Counted from the stretch's first letter, positions 1-8,965 are shown. The stretch: DNA of 41,681 bases from Archangium sp. (GCA_043737315.1 JAYTAT010000911.1:1-41681), one strand, 5' to 3'. Notes: generated from the letters alone by a model not told the origin. Made by a program: numbers and translations.

Positions 1-515
1 ACCGCGTAGGCGAGCCGGGACGAGTCGACGTGCGTCTCCGAACGCTGCAGGTCGGCGAGGATGAACGAGAGCGTGTCGCCTGACTGCCCTTTGGGCTGCG
101 TGGCCGCCTCGGCGTTCTCACGGGCGGCCACCTTCCTGGCTTCTTCGCCTGAGGCAGCAGCAGACAGAAAATAGGTCTCGATGCCCTGGTTCAACTTTCG
201 CTGCTGCGCGGTGGGCATCGAGTTGGCGTGAATGGAAATGAAGAGCTCGGGGCGCTTCTTATTCGCCAGCACCACCCGCTCTGACAAGTGCACCAGCGCG
301 TCGCGGTCACGGGTGAGCACCACGGTCGCGTGCAGCTCTTTCTCGAGCAGCGCCTTGAGTTTCTTTGCAATCGACAGCGCGAGGTTCTTCTCGAAGATCC
401 CCTCGGGGCCCGAAGCACCTTCCTGCGCACCGCCGTGTCCGGGGTCGAGCACGACCAGCGGCCCTCCCGCAAAGGAGCGAAAGGCGATCAGAAGAATCAA
501 CAGGCCCACACGCAT
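1..515 (-). CDS. N-acetylmuramoyl-L-alanine amidase (Amidase_3 / AmiC-type), N-terminal part only; the 3' end runs off the left edge
   Basis: My translation from ATG at 515 gives MRVGLLILLIAFRSFAGGPLVVLDPGHGGAQEGASGPEGIFEKNLALSIAKKLKALL...ELFISIHANS...GIETYFLS. It has a signal-like N-terminus and the DPGHGG / SIHAN / ETY motifs. It is missing from the ORF track because no stop lies in the window. Confidence 0.8.
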   Translation of the reverse strand, partial: MRVGLLILLIAFRSFAGGPLVVLDPGHGGAQEGASGPEGIFEKNLALSIAKKLKALLEKELHATVVLTRDRDALVHLSERVVLANKKRPELFISIHANSMPTAQQRKLNQGIETYFLSAAASGEEARKVAARENAEAATQPKGQSGDTLSFILADLQRSETHVDSSRLAYA

Positions 516-579
516 CGCTGGACATCTTACCCGCTCTGCCTGCGAAAGCGGCGAGAGGGCCAGGGGTGAAGGGGCCGGC

Positions 580-1614
580 CTACTGCACCGCCACGCCCTT
601 GCCCTTCTCGAGGTACCCGATGGCCCAGGCCTCGACACCCTTCTTCTCGAGAGCCTTCATCGCCTTGACGAGGTGCTTCTCAGGAATCGCAGCCAGCAAG
701 CCCCCATTGGTCTGAGCATCGGCCAGCACGAACTTGATCGCGTCCGGCAGCCCTTCGGGGAACGTCGTCCCCTTCTGAGCGTGCTCGAGGTTCGTCTTCG
801 TCCCACCGGGGATGACGCCCCTCTCAGCCAGCTGCGCAATCTGCGGCATCAACGGCACGCGCTCCAACTCGAGCACCGCCCTCACCTTCGCGCCGCGAGC
901 GACCTCGAGCACATGCCCCAGCAGGCCAAAGCCGGTCACATCAGTCAGCGCGTTCACCTTGAACTTCCCGCTCGCAAACACTTCACCGGCCGCCTTGTTG
1001 AGCGTGGCCATCTGCAGGGTGACGAACTTCACCAGCTCCTTCGAGGCCAGCTCGCGTTTGAGCGCCGTCGTCGCGATTCCCGTGCCGATGGGCTTGGTGA
1101 GCACCAGCACGTCTCCCGCCTTGCCGCCTGCGTTGGTCAGCACCTTCTTCGGGTGCACCGTGCCCGTCACCGCCATGCCGTACTTCGGCTCAGGCGACTG
1201 AATGGAGTGCCCACCCAGAATCGGAATACCGGCCTCTTTCGCCTTCGAAGCACCGCCCGCGAGGATCTCTTTCAAGATCGAGATCGGCAGCTCCTTGGGG
1301 AACGCCACCAGGTTGAGCGCGAAGATCGCCCTGGCCCCCATCGCCCAGATGTCGCTCATCGCGTTGGCTGCGGCGATCTGACCGTATGCAAACGGGTCAT
1401 CGACCACGGGCGGGAAGAAGTCGACGGTCTCCACCACCGCGAGGTCTTTGGTGAGCTGGTAGACGGCAGCGTCATCGCTGGTCTCGAAGCCCACCAAGGC
1501 GTTCTTCACCTTCACGTTGGAAATACCGGCCAGCAGCTCGCCCAGAAGATCAGGGCGAAGCTTCGCGGCGCAACCAGCACAATTCGAGAGCGAGGTCAGT
1601 CGGGGGGCGTTCAT
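580..1614 (-). CDS. selD: selenide, water dikinase (selenophosphate synthetase), Cys-type
   Basis: 344-aa ORF. The N-terminal loop LSNCAGCAAKLRP matches the SelD catalytic Cys/Lys loop, with Cys rather than Sec. PurM/AIR-synthase-like body (DDAAV, ILGGHS, TDVTGFG). The start overlaps the upstream stop by 4 nt. Confidence 0.88.
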   Translation of the reverse strand: MNAPRLTSLSNCAGCAAKLRPDLLGELLAGISNVKVKNALVGFETSDDAAVYQLTKDLAVVETVDFFPPVVDDPFAYGQIAAANAMSDIWAMGARAIFALNLVAFPKELPISILKEILAGGASKAKEAGIPILGGHSIQSPEPKYGMAVTGTVHPKKVLTNAGGKAGDVLVLTKPIGTGIATTALKRELASKELVKFVTLQMATLNKAAGEVFASGKFKVNALTDVTGFGLLGHVLEVARGAKVRAVLELERVPLMPQIAQLAERGVIPGGTKTNLEHAQKGTTFPEGLPDAIKFVLADAQTNGGLLAAIPEKHLVKAMKALEKKGVEAWAIGYLEKGKGVAVQ

Positions 1615-2579
1615 GCCCCGCGCAGATAACCCCGCTGGAGGAGCGCGGCTACCGTCGTGGCAATGGCCACGTCGTCCTGGCTGGCGTTGTCGAACACGCC
1701 CTGGAGCGAACCCCAGTTGATCACCAGCTGCAGCACGTCGAGCTCTTCGGGCGAAAGATCACGCAGCGCAGGCTGCAGGGGCACCGAGATGGTGAGCGTC
1801 TCATCCATCGGGGGCAACGAGCCCTGAATGCGGCGAAGCTCGTCGAGCTGGCGCAGCGCATCCATCAACAGGTGCTCGGTCGACTCGTCGAGCTCCGTCA
1901 TGAACTCCTGGTTGTCCGGCGGCCTCAGCTCGAACTCGCCGATTTCCCAGGTGATGATGCGGTTGAAGCTCTTCTGCGGCCCGAGGTCGTGATTGTCGTT
2001 GATGACCGCGTAGTAGACCTTGCCCTGGCGCAGGTAGATCTTGGCCTCGTGCTGGTTGTTCACCACCAGCACGCCGTTCTTCTTCGAGGTGTGGAAGAGC
2101 TGCAGCAGGTCGGGGAGCGGGACTTCTTCGATCTTCCCGGTCATCGCCGTCTTGGTCTGCCGCTGGCTCTGCACCACGGCGACCTGCTCGAGGTTCTGCT
2201 TCACCTGAGCGTCAGACAGCTCGATCGCGTTGGCGCCGGCCTTGACGAGCTTGAGGATCGACGTGCCGACCAGGATGCGATCGCCCTCTTTGAGGCGCCA
2301 GGTCTTCACCTTCTCGCCGTTGACGAAGGTGCCGTTGGTCGAGCCGAGATCCTCGATGGTGATCTTCCCGCCCGAGAGCGTGATCTTCGCGTGCTTGCGC
2401 GAGACCATGTCTTCCACGAGCACGATGTCGAGCTCGCTCGAGCGGCCGATGATCAGCTGCTTGTCGCCTTTGAGAGGGAATTCCCCGCCCTGGTACTTAC
2501 CGGAGATGAATTTGAGCGCATACACGTCAGACAAGATCGCGACTCCCGGAGGCGCCGAAGCGCGCTGGCCTTGCAGCAT
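1611..2579 (-). CDS. FHA domain protein with C-terminal DUF4388 (PATAN-like) domain
   Basis: FHA core IIGRSSELDIVLVEDMVSRKHAKI...GSTNGTFVNGEKV, then LPDLLQLFHTSKKNGVLVV...IYLRQGKVYYA...WEIGEFEL. ATG 2579 shares 1 nt with the upstream TGA (TGATG). GTG 2582 is an alternative start. Confidence 0.8.
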   Translation of the reverse strand: MLQGQRASAPPGVAILSDVYALKFISGKYQGGEFPLKGDKQLIIGRSSELDIVLVEDMVSRKHAKITLSGGKITIEDLGSTNGTFVNGEKVKTWRLKEGDRILVGTSILKLVKAGANAIELSDAQVKQNLEQVAVVQSQRQTKTAMTGKIEEVPLPDLLQLFHTSKKNGVLVVNNQHEAKIYLRQGKVYYAVINDNHDLGPQKSFNRIITWEIGEFELRPPDNQEFMTELDESTEHLLMDALRQLDELRRIQGSLPPMDETLTISVPLQPALRDLSPEELDVLQLVINWGSLQGVFDNASQDDVAIATTVAALLQRGYLRGA

Positions 2580-3331
2580 CACTCAACCGCCCCTCCATTT
2601 GCAGCCTCTTTATTCAGCGGAACCGTGGTGCCCATGTCGCGCACCAGATTCAGGTACATCTCGGCACTCTTGTTACCCGGATTCCGGCCCAACACGTCCT
2701 CCCACACGAGGATGGCGTCAGCCCGGCGCCCCGCCGCGTAGAGCGTGATGCCGTAGTGCACGCGCCCGGGAAGGTAGTTCGGGTTTTGCTTCAAGATTTG
2801 TTCGAACTCGGCGAGCGCACCCGCGTGGTCGTTCTGATCGCGCATGACGTTGGCCAGCTTGAGCCGAATGTCCACGAACCCGGGCCCCAGCTCGAGCGCG
2901 CGGCGGTACTCGATGACGGCTTCTTCCAGCATGCCCGTCGACGCGTAGACGTTGCCGATGTCGGCGTACATGTTGGCGATCTTCCCCTTTACGAAGGGGT
3001 CCATGCGCTGGGGGTTACTGCGCTGGCGGTTGAGGGCGGCGGCATAGACCTCCCTCGCCTCCCGGTACCGGCCCATGTCGTTGTAGATGATCGCAAGGTT
3101 GAGGGCCGCGTCGGTGTACGCGGGGTTGATCCTCAGCGCCGCTTCGAAGGCCCGCTGCGCCCGGGCGAACTGACCCTGGTCGTGATAGACCACGCCGAGC
3201 ATGTTGTAGACGTCGGCGAACGATTGGTTCTGCTCCACGACCTGCGTCAGATAGCTCTCGGCCTCCTGAAACTGCTTCTTTTCGAAGTAGCCGCGGCCGA
3301 GCGTGAGCAACTGCCTGAGGGCGTCATCCAT
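2579..3331 (-). CDS. TPR repeat protein
   Basis: 251 aa from ATG 3331 (MDDALRQLLTLGRGYFEKKQFQEAE...). Several 34-aa TPR-like units. The 88-aa upstream extension in the track is Arg/Gly/Pro-rich and runs into the neighbouring gene, so I trimmed it. Confidence 0.75.
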   Translation of the reverse strand: MDDALRQLLTLGRGYFEKKQFQEAESYLTQVVEQNQSFADVYNMLGVVYHDQGQFARAQRAFEAALRINPAYTDAALNLAIIYNDMGRYREAREVYAAALNRQRSNPQRMDPFVKGKIANMYADIGNVYASTGMLEEAVIEYRRALELGPGFVDIRLKLANVMRDQNDHAGALAEFEQILKQNPNYLPGRVHYGITLYAAGRRADAILVWEDVLGRNPGNKSAEMYLNLVRDMGTTVPLNKEAANGGAVE

Positions 3332-3365
3332 CGGTGCTCTGACCTCGCTAATGAAGGCCGCCACC

Positions 3366-4037
3366 CTACAGGATCCCGTCGGGAAAGCTAAACAACCCCG
3401 TGTTGCTGTCTTCGTGAAGTGAAAGCCGCCGGGTGGCCTTCTCGTCGACGGGCCGGTCGGGCGCCACACCTTCGAAACGAAAGTCTTCCGACACCATGAC
3501 GTCTTCCCGCTCGCTGCGGATGTACCAGGCCAGCCCCCGGTACCTGCGGCGCGTGACGCCCTCGAAAGGAACGCCGCCATCAGGCTGGGTGTCACCCCGC
3601 TCGAGGGCGAGGCGCCTTCTCTCCAGCGTGTCGAGGATGGTGAGCAGGCGGGGAAAGTCGGTCTTCTCAGCCGCCCACTCGCCCTCGATCAGCCGGTAGC
3701 GCGCACGCTCGAGGCCCAGCGATGAGACGCGGGTGCCGGCGTTGCCAGGCCTTCGCAGCTCACCTGTGAAGTCGAGGGTGGAGGTCACGGTGGCACCCTG
3801 CCCGTCTGCGTCGAGCACCACCGAGATGCGCTCGAACTGAAGCTTCGGCCCCAGCAGCTTCCCCCAGGGCAAGTCGTGCTCGGCCCCGTCGCGCTCGAGC
3901 TTCTTGAGGTGCGTGATGATCGCGCCGTCAGCGCCACCAGCCGAGCCCAGAAAACGCGCACCGAAGACTGCGATGACCAGGCCCAGCGCCGCCGCAGCAG
4001 CCAGGAAGCCCAGGAAGCGGCTGAGCTCGCGGTTCAT
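3366..4037 (-). CDS. hypothetical membrane-anchored protein
   Basis: 223 aa. N-terminal hydrophobic anchor FLGFLAAAAALGLVIAVFGA. No domain recognised. ATGA overlap with the bamD stop suggests co-translation. Confidence 0.6.
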   Translation of the reverse strand: MNRELSRFLGFLAAAAALGLVIAVFGARFLGSAGGADGAIITHLKKLERDGAEHDLPWGKLLGPKLQFERISVVLDADGQGATVTSTLDFTGELRRPGNAGTRVSSLGLERARYRLIEGEWAAEKTDFPRLLTILDTLERRRLALERGDTQPDGGVPFEGVTRRRYRGLAWYIRSEREDVMVSEDFRFEGVAPDRPVDEKATRRLSLHEDSNTGLFSFPDGIL

Positions 4038-4861
4038 GACCCCGCGTCGGGGGGAGCGGCGGCAGGCGGGGCAGCGGGCAGGCCGGCGATGAGCTTGAGC
4101 GCCTTCTTGGCGCCAGGCGCATCGGGGAACTTGTCGACGTACTTCTGCAGCACGTCTTTCGCCTTCGCGGGCTCGTTGAGCTTCACGTACGCGTCATAGA
4201 GGCCGAACGACACGCGCTCGTCCAGACCGATGCCGCTGAAGTCCTTCGCCACCACGCTGAGCCGAGTGACCACCGCGGGCCACCGGTCACGCCGCGCGTA
4301 GAAGTCGGCCACGTAAATCTCATGTTCGGCGAGGCGAAGGCGCACTTCGTCGAGCACCGTTTTCGCTTCCTTCACGTACTCCGAGGCGCTGTACCCGCGG
4401 AGGAAGTCGGTCATCGCCGAGGCCGCATTCCGCACCTCGACCTGGTCCTTCTCGGAAGCAGGCGGGAGCAGGAAGAAGTCGCTGGGGATTTCTTTGTAAT
4501 GCGTCAACGCTGCGCGGAAAGCGGCGTAGTCGACCTTCGGGTGCGTGGGGTGGAGGCGCACGAAGTTCTGGTACCGATCGCGCGCTTCAGCGAAGCGTTC
4601 ACGCTCGAACTCGGCATCGGCCAACCGCAGCTCGGCCGTCTTGGCGAGGTCGAGGTACACGTACTTGGTCTTCACGAACTCGAAGAAGCTCGCCGCTTCG
4701 GCGTAGTTTTTCGCGTTCATCGCGTCGTCGCCCTTGCGCATGTTCGTTTCGGCGTCGGCGGCGAACTCGACCTCGCCCCCCTCCTGGCCGGCGAACGTTC
4801 CGATCGAGGCACACGCCGAGAGGGACAACGCCAACGAAGCTGAGACGACGCGAAAGTTCAT
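4034..4861 (-). CDS. bamD: outer membrane protein assembly factor BamD (YfiO-like lipoprotein)
   Basis: Start at ATG 4861 gives MNFRVVSASLALSLSAC (lipobox). TPR-like body with the BamD-typical ...HPTHPKVDYAAF...YVADFYARRDRWPAVVTR... The Gly/Arg-rich 83-aa extension in the track is rejected. Confidence 0.78.
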   Translation of the reverse strand: MNFRVVSASLALSLSACASIGTFAGQEGGEVEFAADAETNMRKGDDAMNAKNYAEAASFFEFVKTKYVYLDLAKTAELRLADAEFERERFAEARDRYQNFVRLHPTHPKVDYAAFRAALTHYKEIPSDFFLLPPASEKDQVEVRNAASAMTDFLRGYSASEYVKEAKTVLDEVRLRLAEHEIYVADFYARRDRWPAVVTRLSVVAKDFSGIGLDERVSFGLYDAYVKLNEPAKAKDVLQKYVDKFPDAPGAKKALKLIAGLPAAPPAAAPPDAGS

Positions 4862-4872
4862 CGGCGCGCACC

Positions 4873-5319
4873 CTACCTTTCGATCTCTCCAGTGCCAATC
4901 ACGCGCTCCACCAGATCTTCCTCGTAGCCACGGCCCGCCAGAAACCGCGCCGCCTTCGCCCCTTCGATCTGCCGTGACGCCACCAACGCGCGAGCGGCCT
5001 TCAGCGCGTCCCAGCCCGATTCGGCGATCGCCTCCTTCACCGCCGCGCGGGCAGTCGACTCTTCCAGACCCGAAGCCAACAACCGGCCCAGCAGCGCTTC
5101 GCCCGCCCAACCAGCCTGGAGCTCGGCGCGCGCCTTTCGATGAGCCACGCGGTTGTCGTCGAGGTACCCCAGCGCCTGAGCGCGCTCGACGGCGGTTTCG
5201 ATCTCTGATTGCGAATGGCCGCGGCGCTCGAGGGCTGCGACGAGCTGGGCGCGCGTCTTGTCGGTGGCGGCGAGCAGCCGGGTGATCTGGGTGAGCGCGT
5301 CAGGCTTGTGAGGTGCCAC
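4873..5319 (-). CDS. recX: RecA regulator RecX
   Basis: 148 aa made of three-helix repeats. The LGYLDDNRVA and ...FLAGRGYEEDLVERV patterns are typical of RecX. Confidence 0.75.
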   Translation of the reverse strand: MAPHKPDALTQITRLLAATDKTRAQLVAALERRGHSQSEIETAVERAQALGYLDDNRVAHRKARAELQAGWAGEALLGRLLASGLEESTARAAVKEAIAESGWDALKAARALVASRQIEGAKAARFLAGRGYEEDLVERVIGTGEIER

Positions 5320-5354
5320 GAATTTCTTGAAGCTACTGTGCTACTCGCGGCGCC

Positions 5355-6146
5355 ATGCACCCGTTGATCGCCCGCTTCATCGATTTGCCTGCAGCCCTCC
5401 TGGCCCTCGAGAAGGAGTCGGCTGACACCACCCTCGACACCGACGAAGCGGCGCTGATCGCAGCGGCCGTGGCGTTTCCCAAGGCCAGGGCCAGCGTCTT
5501 GAAAGCGCGCGGCGCGAAGAGCCCGTCTTCAGACGCGCAGCAGCAATTGATCGTGCTCGCCACACGCGCTGCCGCGATACGCATCTCCATCGATCCCGTG
5601 CTGGGGCCCCGGGTGACCTCGGCGAAGGCGGCGCTCCAGGCCGAAGGCGCCAGCGCGTCAGAAGCCGACGATCTGATCGCCCAGGCCGTGCTGGAAGAAG
5701 CGTTCGGCTACGCCGAAGATCCCGAAGTGTTCGACGCGGACTACCTCGCCGAGACGCTCGACTCACTGGTGCACCTGGCGAAGGTCACGCAGGACAAGCT
5801 CGACGACTGGCTCGAGGCCTTCGCACGCGGCGGGTCTGCGGGCGATCGCGCGCTGCGCCTCAAGGTGGCCGAGGTGCTGCTCGAGAGCGCGTGGAGCGAA
5901 GGCCCCCAGCCCATCACGCCCGAACACCTCGATGATGCGATCGAGCAGCTCGCCGACACCGTGGCCGAGTCGGAGTTCACCAGGGCGGCGCAGACCTTGA
6001 GCCTGTTCCTCGGGTTCCTCGCGCAGCAGCACCTGGTGGGTGCACAGCGGAAGACGCGACTCGAGCAGGTGCTCACCAGCGCCACAGCTCGCGGCGCCGA
6101 GTCGGAAGACGACGACGCCGAAGCGGGCGAAGACGACGACGAGTGA
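5355..6146 (+). CDS. hypothetical acidic protein
   Basis: 263 aa, helical and acidic, with C-terminal ...ESEDDDAEAGEDDDE. Good third-position G/C bias. No domain recognised. Confidence 0.55.
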   Translation: MHPLIARFIDLPAALLALEKESADTTLDTDEAALIAAAVAFPKARASVLKARGAKSPSSDAQQQLIVLATRAAAIRISIDPVLGPRVTSAKAALQAEGASASEADDLIAQAVLEEAFGYAEDPEVFDADYLAETLDSLVHLAKVTQDKLDDWLEAFARGGSAGDRALRLKVAEVLLESAWSEGPQPITPEHLDDAIEQLADTVAESEFTRAAQTLSLFLGFLAQQHLVGAQRKTRLEQVLTSATARGAESEDDDAEAGEDDDE

Positions 6147-6268
6147 GGCTCAGTCGGGGCTGCGGCCCTCGAGCTGAAAGACCCACGGGAAGGTGATGGC
6201 GACCTCCTGGCCCCCCGCTCTCGACGTCTCGTTCTGACACGGCCCCCCTGAGCGGTTAGGCATGCGCA

Positions 6269-7255
6269 GTGAGCGACCAACGCAAGTCCCGACGGGTACT
6301 GGTGACCGGAGCAACCGGCTTCGTGGGCAAGGCCCTCGTGCCCGCGCTGGTCGAGGCGGGCTGCGAGGTTCGCGCCACCACGCGTGGCCGCCCACCCCAA
6401 AACGCAGCGGGCCTCGAGTGGGTGACGTGCGACATCAGCCGGCAGGCTGACCTCGATCGCGCCCTCACCGGCGTCGACGCGGTGTTTTTCCTGGTGCACG
6501 CGATGGGCGGTGGCTCGCAAGACTATGCGCAGACGGAGAAGCGGGCCGCAACTCAGCTGCGCGATGCAGCCGAACGTGCGGGCGTGACACGACTCATCTA
6601 CCTGGGCGGCGTCGCACCCGCGGCCGAGCCCTCCGAACATCTGCAGAGCCGGCTGGCAGTCGGCGAGGTGCTCCGCGCAGGGGCGGTGCCGGCGCTCGAG
6701 CTGCGCGCCTCGATGATCATCGGCAACGGCAGTGCGTCGTGGCTCATCGTGCGCGATCTCGCGATGCGGCTGCCGGCCATGTTGCTGCCCTCGTGGACGG
6801 CGTCACGCACCTGCCCCGTCGCCATCGAGGACGTGGTGGTAGCGCTGGTACGGGCGCTCGAGGTGCCGCTGCCGGTGAGCGCCTGGTACGACATTCCGGG
6901 GCCCGATGTGGTGAGCGGCCGGCAGATCCTCTCCACCATCGCTTCGCTCAATGGGCGGCGGGTGCCGAGTGTGCGCGTGCCCTTCTTGAGCGTCTCGCTT
7001 TCGTCATGGTGGCTCAAGCTGGTGACCGGGGCCGACTTCTCGCTCGCGCGAGAGCTGGTGCTCGGCTTCAAGACCGATCTGTTGCCGGCCGACGCCCGGT
7101 ACTGGGCTGAGATCGACTACCAGCCACGCTGGAGCTTCGAGGCGGCGGCGAAGAAGACGCTGCTGGCTGAAGCCTGGCGCCCGGGCTTGCGAGGCGTCGC
7201 GGGCAAACTCGAAGAGGCACTCGTGCAGCTGGTCTCACCCCGGCTGCGCAGGTGA
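6269..7255 (+). CDS. NAD(P)-binding Rossmann protein (atypical SDR / NmrA-like epimerase family)
   Basis: GTG start. VLVTGATGFVGKALVPALVEAGCEV glycine-rich dinucleotide-binding motif. 328 aa. Confidence 0.75.
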   Translation: MSDQRKSRRVLVTGATGFVGKALVPALVEAGCEVRATTRGRPPQNAAGLEWVTCDISRQADLDRALTGVDAVFFLVHAMGGGSQDYAQTEKRAATQLRDAAERAGVTRLIYLGGVAPAAEPSEHLQSRLAVGEVLRAGAVPALELRASMIIGNGSASWLIVRDLAMRLPAMLLPSWTASRTCPVAIEDVVVALVRALEVPLPVSAWYDIPGPDVVSGRQILSTIASLNGRRVPSVRVPFLSVSLSSWWLKLVTGADFSLARELVLGFKTDLLPADARYWAEIDYQPRWSFEAAAKKTLLAEAWRPGLRGVAGKLEEALVQLVSPRLRR

Positions 7256-7269
7256 CCCAGGGCAGGCGG

Positions 7270-7293
7270 GGAAGACGGTGCGCGTCGTCTTCC
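7270..7293 (+). terminator. 8-bp stem hairpin just after the SDR gene stop
   Basis: GGAAGACG-gtgcgcgt-CGTCTTCC. There is no T-tract after it, so it is only a possible terminator. Confidence 0.3.
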
Positions 7294-7595
7294 GCGCGAT
7301 CTGGCTCGGGCTCGAAGACGATCGCGACCCAGCTTCAGGTGACCCTGCGCATCGGCAAGGTCGGGGCGAACGCCGATGTTCTGCACCGTCAGCCGCCGCT
7401 GGGAGAAGCGGGGGGGGGCGCCGCGCGGGCGAAGTACGGCGCACCTCGATGTCGCCCCCACCACCTCCGCCGCGCAGGGTGACGCTGATCGACGAGGGGA
7501 AGTCGGTGGTGGCCGTCAGCCGACTCGCGCAGGGCCCGGTGGTCGCGCCGCGCGGGGGGCACTGTGAGCTCGGTCATCTCGCAGAGGGAGCAACT

Positions 7596-8888
7596 TCAGA
7601 AACGTTCGATCTGAAAATCGTCGTCGGGCTTGGCGCCAGCGGGCTTGGCTGCGGCCGGCGCTGCAGGTGCGGCGGGTTGCGGGGGTCGCTGCTGCGGCGG
7701 CGTGCTCGGCTTGGGCCCAGCGTTGTGGGTCATGTGCGCCACGTAGGCTGCGCTGCCGGGCACAGGGTTCTCTTCGCCCGGTTTACCGTCGAAGTTGTCC
7801 CACTTCGCATCCGACGTCGAGCTGACGCCCTGAAAACGCAGCGCGAAGTCGTCTGGGTTCGTCGCCTGCCGCAGGGCCTCCTGGTAGGTGATGACGTTCG
7901 TGCGCACCAACTGCATCAACGACTGGTCGAACGTCTGCATGCCGTAGCTGATCTGGCCCTGCGCGATCGCGTCGGGGATCTCTTTGGTGCGATCCTTGTC
8001 CTCGATCATCTCCTTGATGCGCGAGGTGGCCTTCATGATCTCCACCGAAGCCACGCGGCCCTTGCCGTCGGCGCGGGGCACCAGGCGCTGTGAGACCACG
8101 CCCTTGAGCACCGAGCCCAGCTGAATGCGAATCTGCTTCTGCTGGTGCGGGGGGAAGGCCGAGATGATGCGGTTGATGGTCTCCGAGGCGTCGAGGGTGT
8201 GCAGCGTCGACATCACGAGGTGACCCGTCTCAGCAGCGTGCAGCGCCGTCTCGATGGTCTCGATGTCTCGCATTTCGCCGACGAGGATGACGTCAGGGTC
8301 TTGCCGCAGCGCGCTCTTGAGCGCCTGGCTGAAGGACATCGTGTCCACACCGACTTCGCGCTGGTTGATGATCGACCGCTTGTCGCGGATGAGGAACTCG
8401 ATCGGGTCTTCGATGGTGATGATGTGGTTCGTCTCGGTCGCGTTGATGTGATCGATCATCGCGGCCAACGTGGTCGACTTGCCCGAGCCGGTCGTACCCG
8501 TCACCAGAATGAGGCCACGCTCCTCGAGCGCCATCTTCTCGAGCGCCGGGGGGAGCATCAGCTCTTTGATCGTCATGATCTTGAAGGGGATCACGCGGAG
8601 CACGGCGCCGATGGTGCCGCGCTGCTGAAAGACGTTCACGCGAAAGCGGCCCAGGCCAGGCACCCCGTAGGCCAGGTCGACCTCGTTGCTCTGCTTGAAC
8701 TTCTCTTTTTGAAACTCATTCATGATCCCGAAGGCCATGCGCGCGACTTCCTCGGGGGGGAGCCGTTTGCCGTCCTTCAAGGGCACGAGCTGGCCGTCGA
8801 CCCGGAACATCGGGGGCAGGCCGGCTTTCAAGTGAATGTCTGAGGCGCCGCCACGCAGCGCGATGGTCAGGATCTCGTTGAGTTCCAT
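7596..8888 (-). CDS. pilT: type IV pilus retraction ATPase PilT family, with Pro/Ala-rich C-terminal extension
   Basis: 430 aa. ASDIHL, Walker A GTTGSGKSTT, the PilT-typical ...RQDPDVILVGEMRD..., HLVMSTLHT and AIAQG...GMQTFDQSL. About 70 extra C-terminal residues. Confidence 0.9.
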   Translation of the reverse strand: MELNEILTIALRGGASDIHLKAGLPPMFRVDGQLVPLKDGKRLPPEEVARMAFGIMNEFQKEKFKQSNEVDLAYGVPGLGRFRVNVFQQRGTIGAVLRVIPFKIMTIKELMLPPALEKMALEERGLILVTGTTGSGKSTTLAAMIDHINATETNHIITIEDPIEFLIRDKRSIINQREVGVDTMSFSQALKSALRQDPDVILVGEMRDIETIETALHAAETGHLVMSTLHTLDASETINRIISAFPPHQQKQIRIQLGSVLKGVVSQRLVPRADGKGRVASVEIMKATSRIKEMIEDKDRTKEIPDAIAQGQISYGMQTFDQSLMQLVRTNVITYQEALRQATNPDDFALRFQGVSSTSDAKWDNFDGKPGEENPVPGSAAYVAHMTHNAGPKPSTPPQQRPPQPAAPAAPAAAKPAGAKPDDDFQIERF

Positions 8889-8965
8889 GCGACGCGAACG
8901 GTACGCGCGTTCTCACGCAACGAACAGCGCGGAAACCAACCAAAGGGTGGGACGCGGAAACACAT

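Noticed and set aside
580-1614. Possible in-frame UGA (selenocysteine) form of SelD
   Set aside because: The catalytic loop reads NCAGCAAK with ordinary Cys codons and the ORF is uninterrupted. It is therefore a Cys-type SelD.
232-1629. 465-aa plus-strand ORF
   Set aside because: It exactly mirrors the selD gene on the opposite strand. Its Arg/His/Leu-rich composition shows no motif. This is a typical shadow ORF of a GC-rich genome.
4862-5110. Gly/Arg-rich N-terminal extensions in the ORF track (also 3332-3595, 12007-12279, 15793-15879, 22609-22824, 30351-30449, 35492-36001)
   Set aside because: The track takes the most upstream ATG/GTG/TTG. In each case the extension overlaps a neighbouring gene or is compositionally aberrant. 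A downstream start gives a canonical N-terminus such as a lipobox, helicase motif Q region, ClpX zinc finger with AGGAGG, or P-loop.
5741-6640. 299-aa minus-strand ORF spanning two plus-strand genes
   Set aside because: It overlaps the 3' end of the acidic protein gene and the 5' end of the SDR gene on the other strand. Its composition is Ser/Arg/Ala-rich and no start context is visible.
7389-7577. 62-aa minus-strand ORF (MTELTVPPARRDHRALRE...)
   Set aside because: It is Arg/Pro/Trp-rich and its third-position bias collapses after about 24 codons, so it is not called as a gene. The region is reported as a low-interest finding instead.
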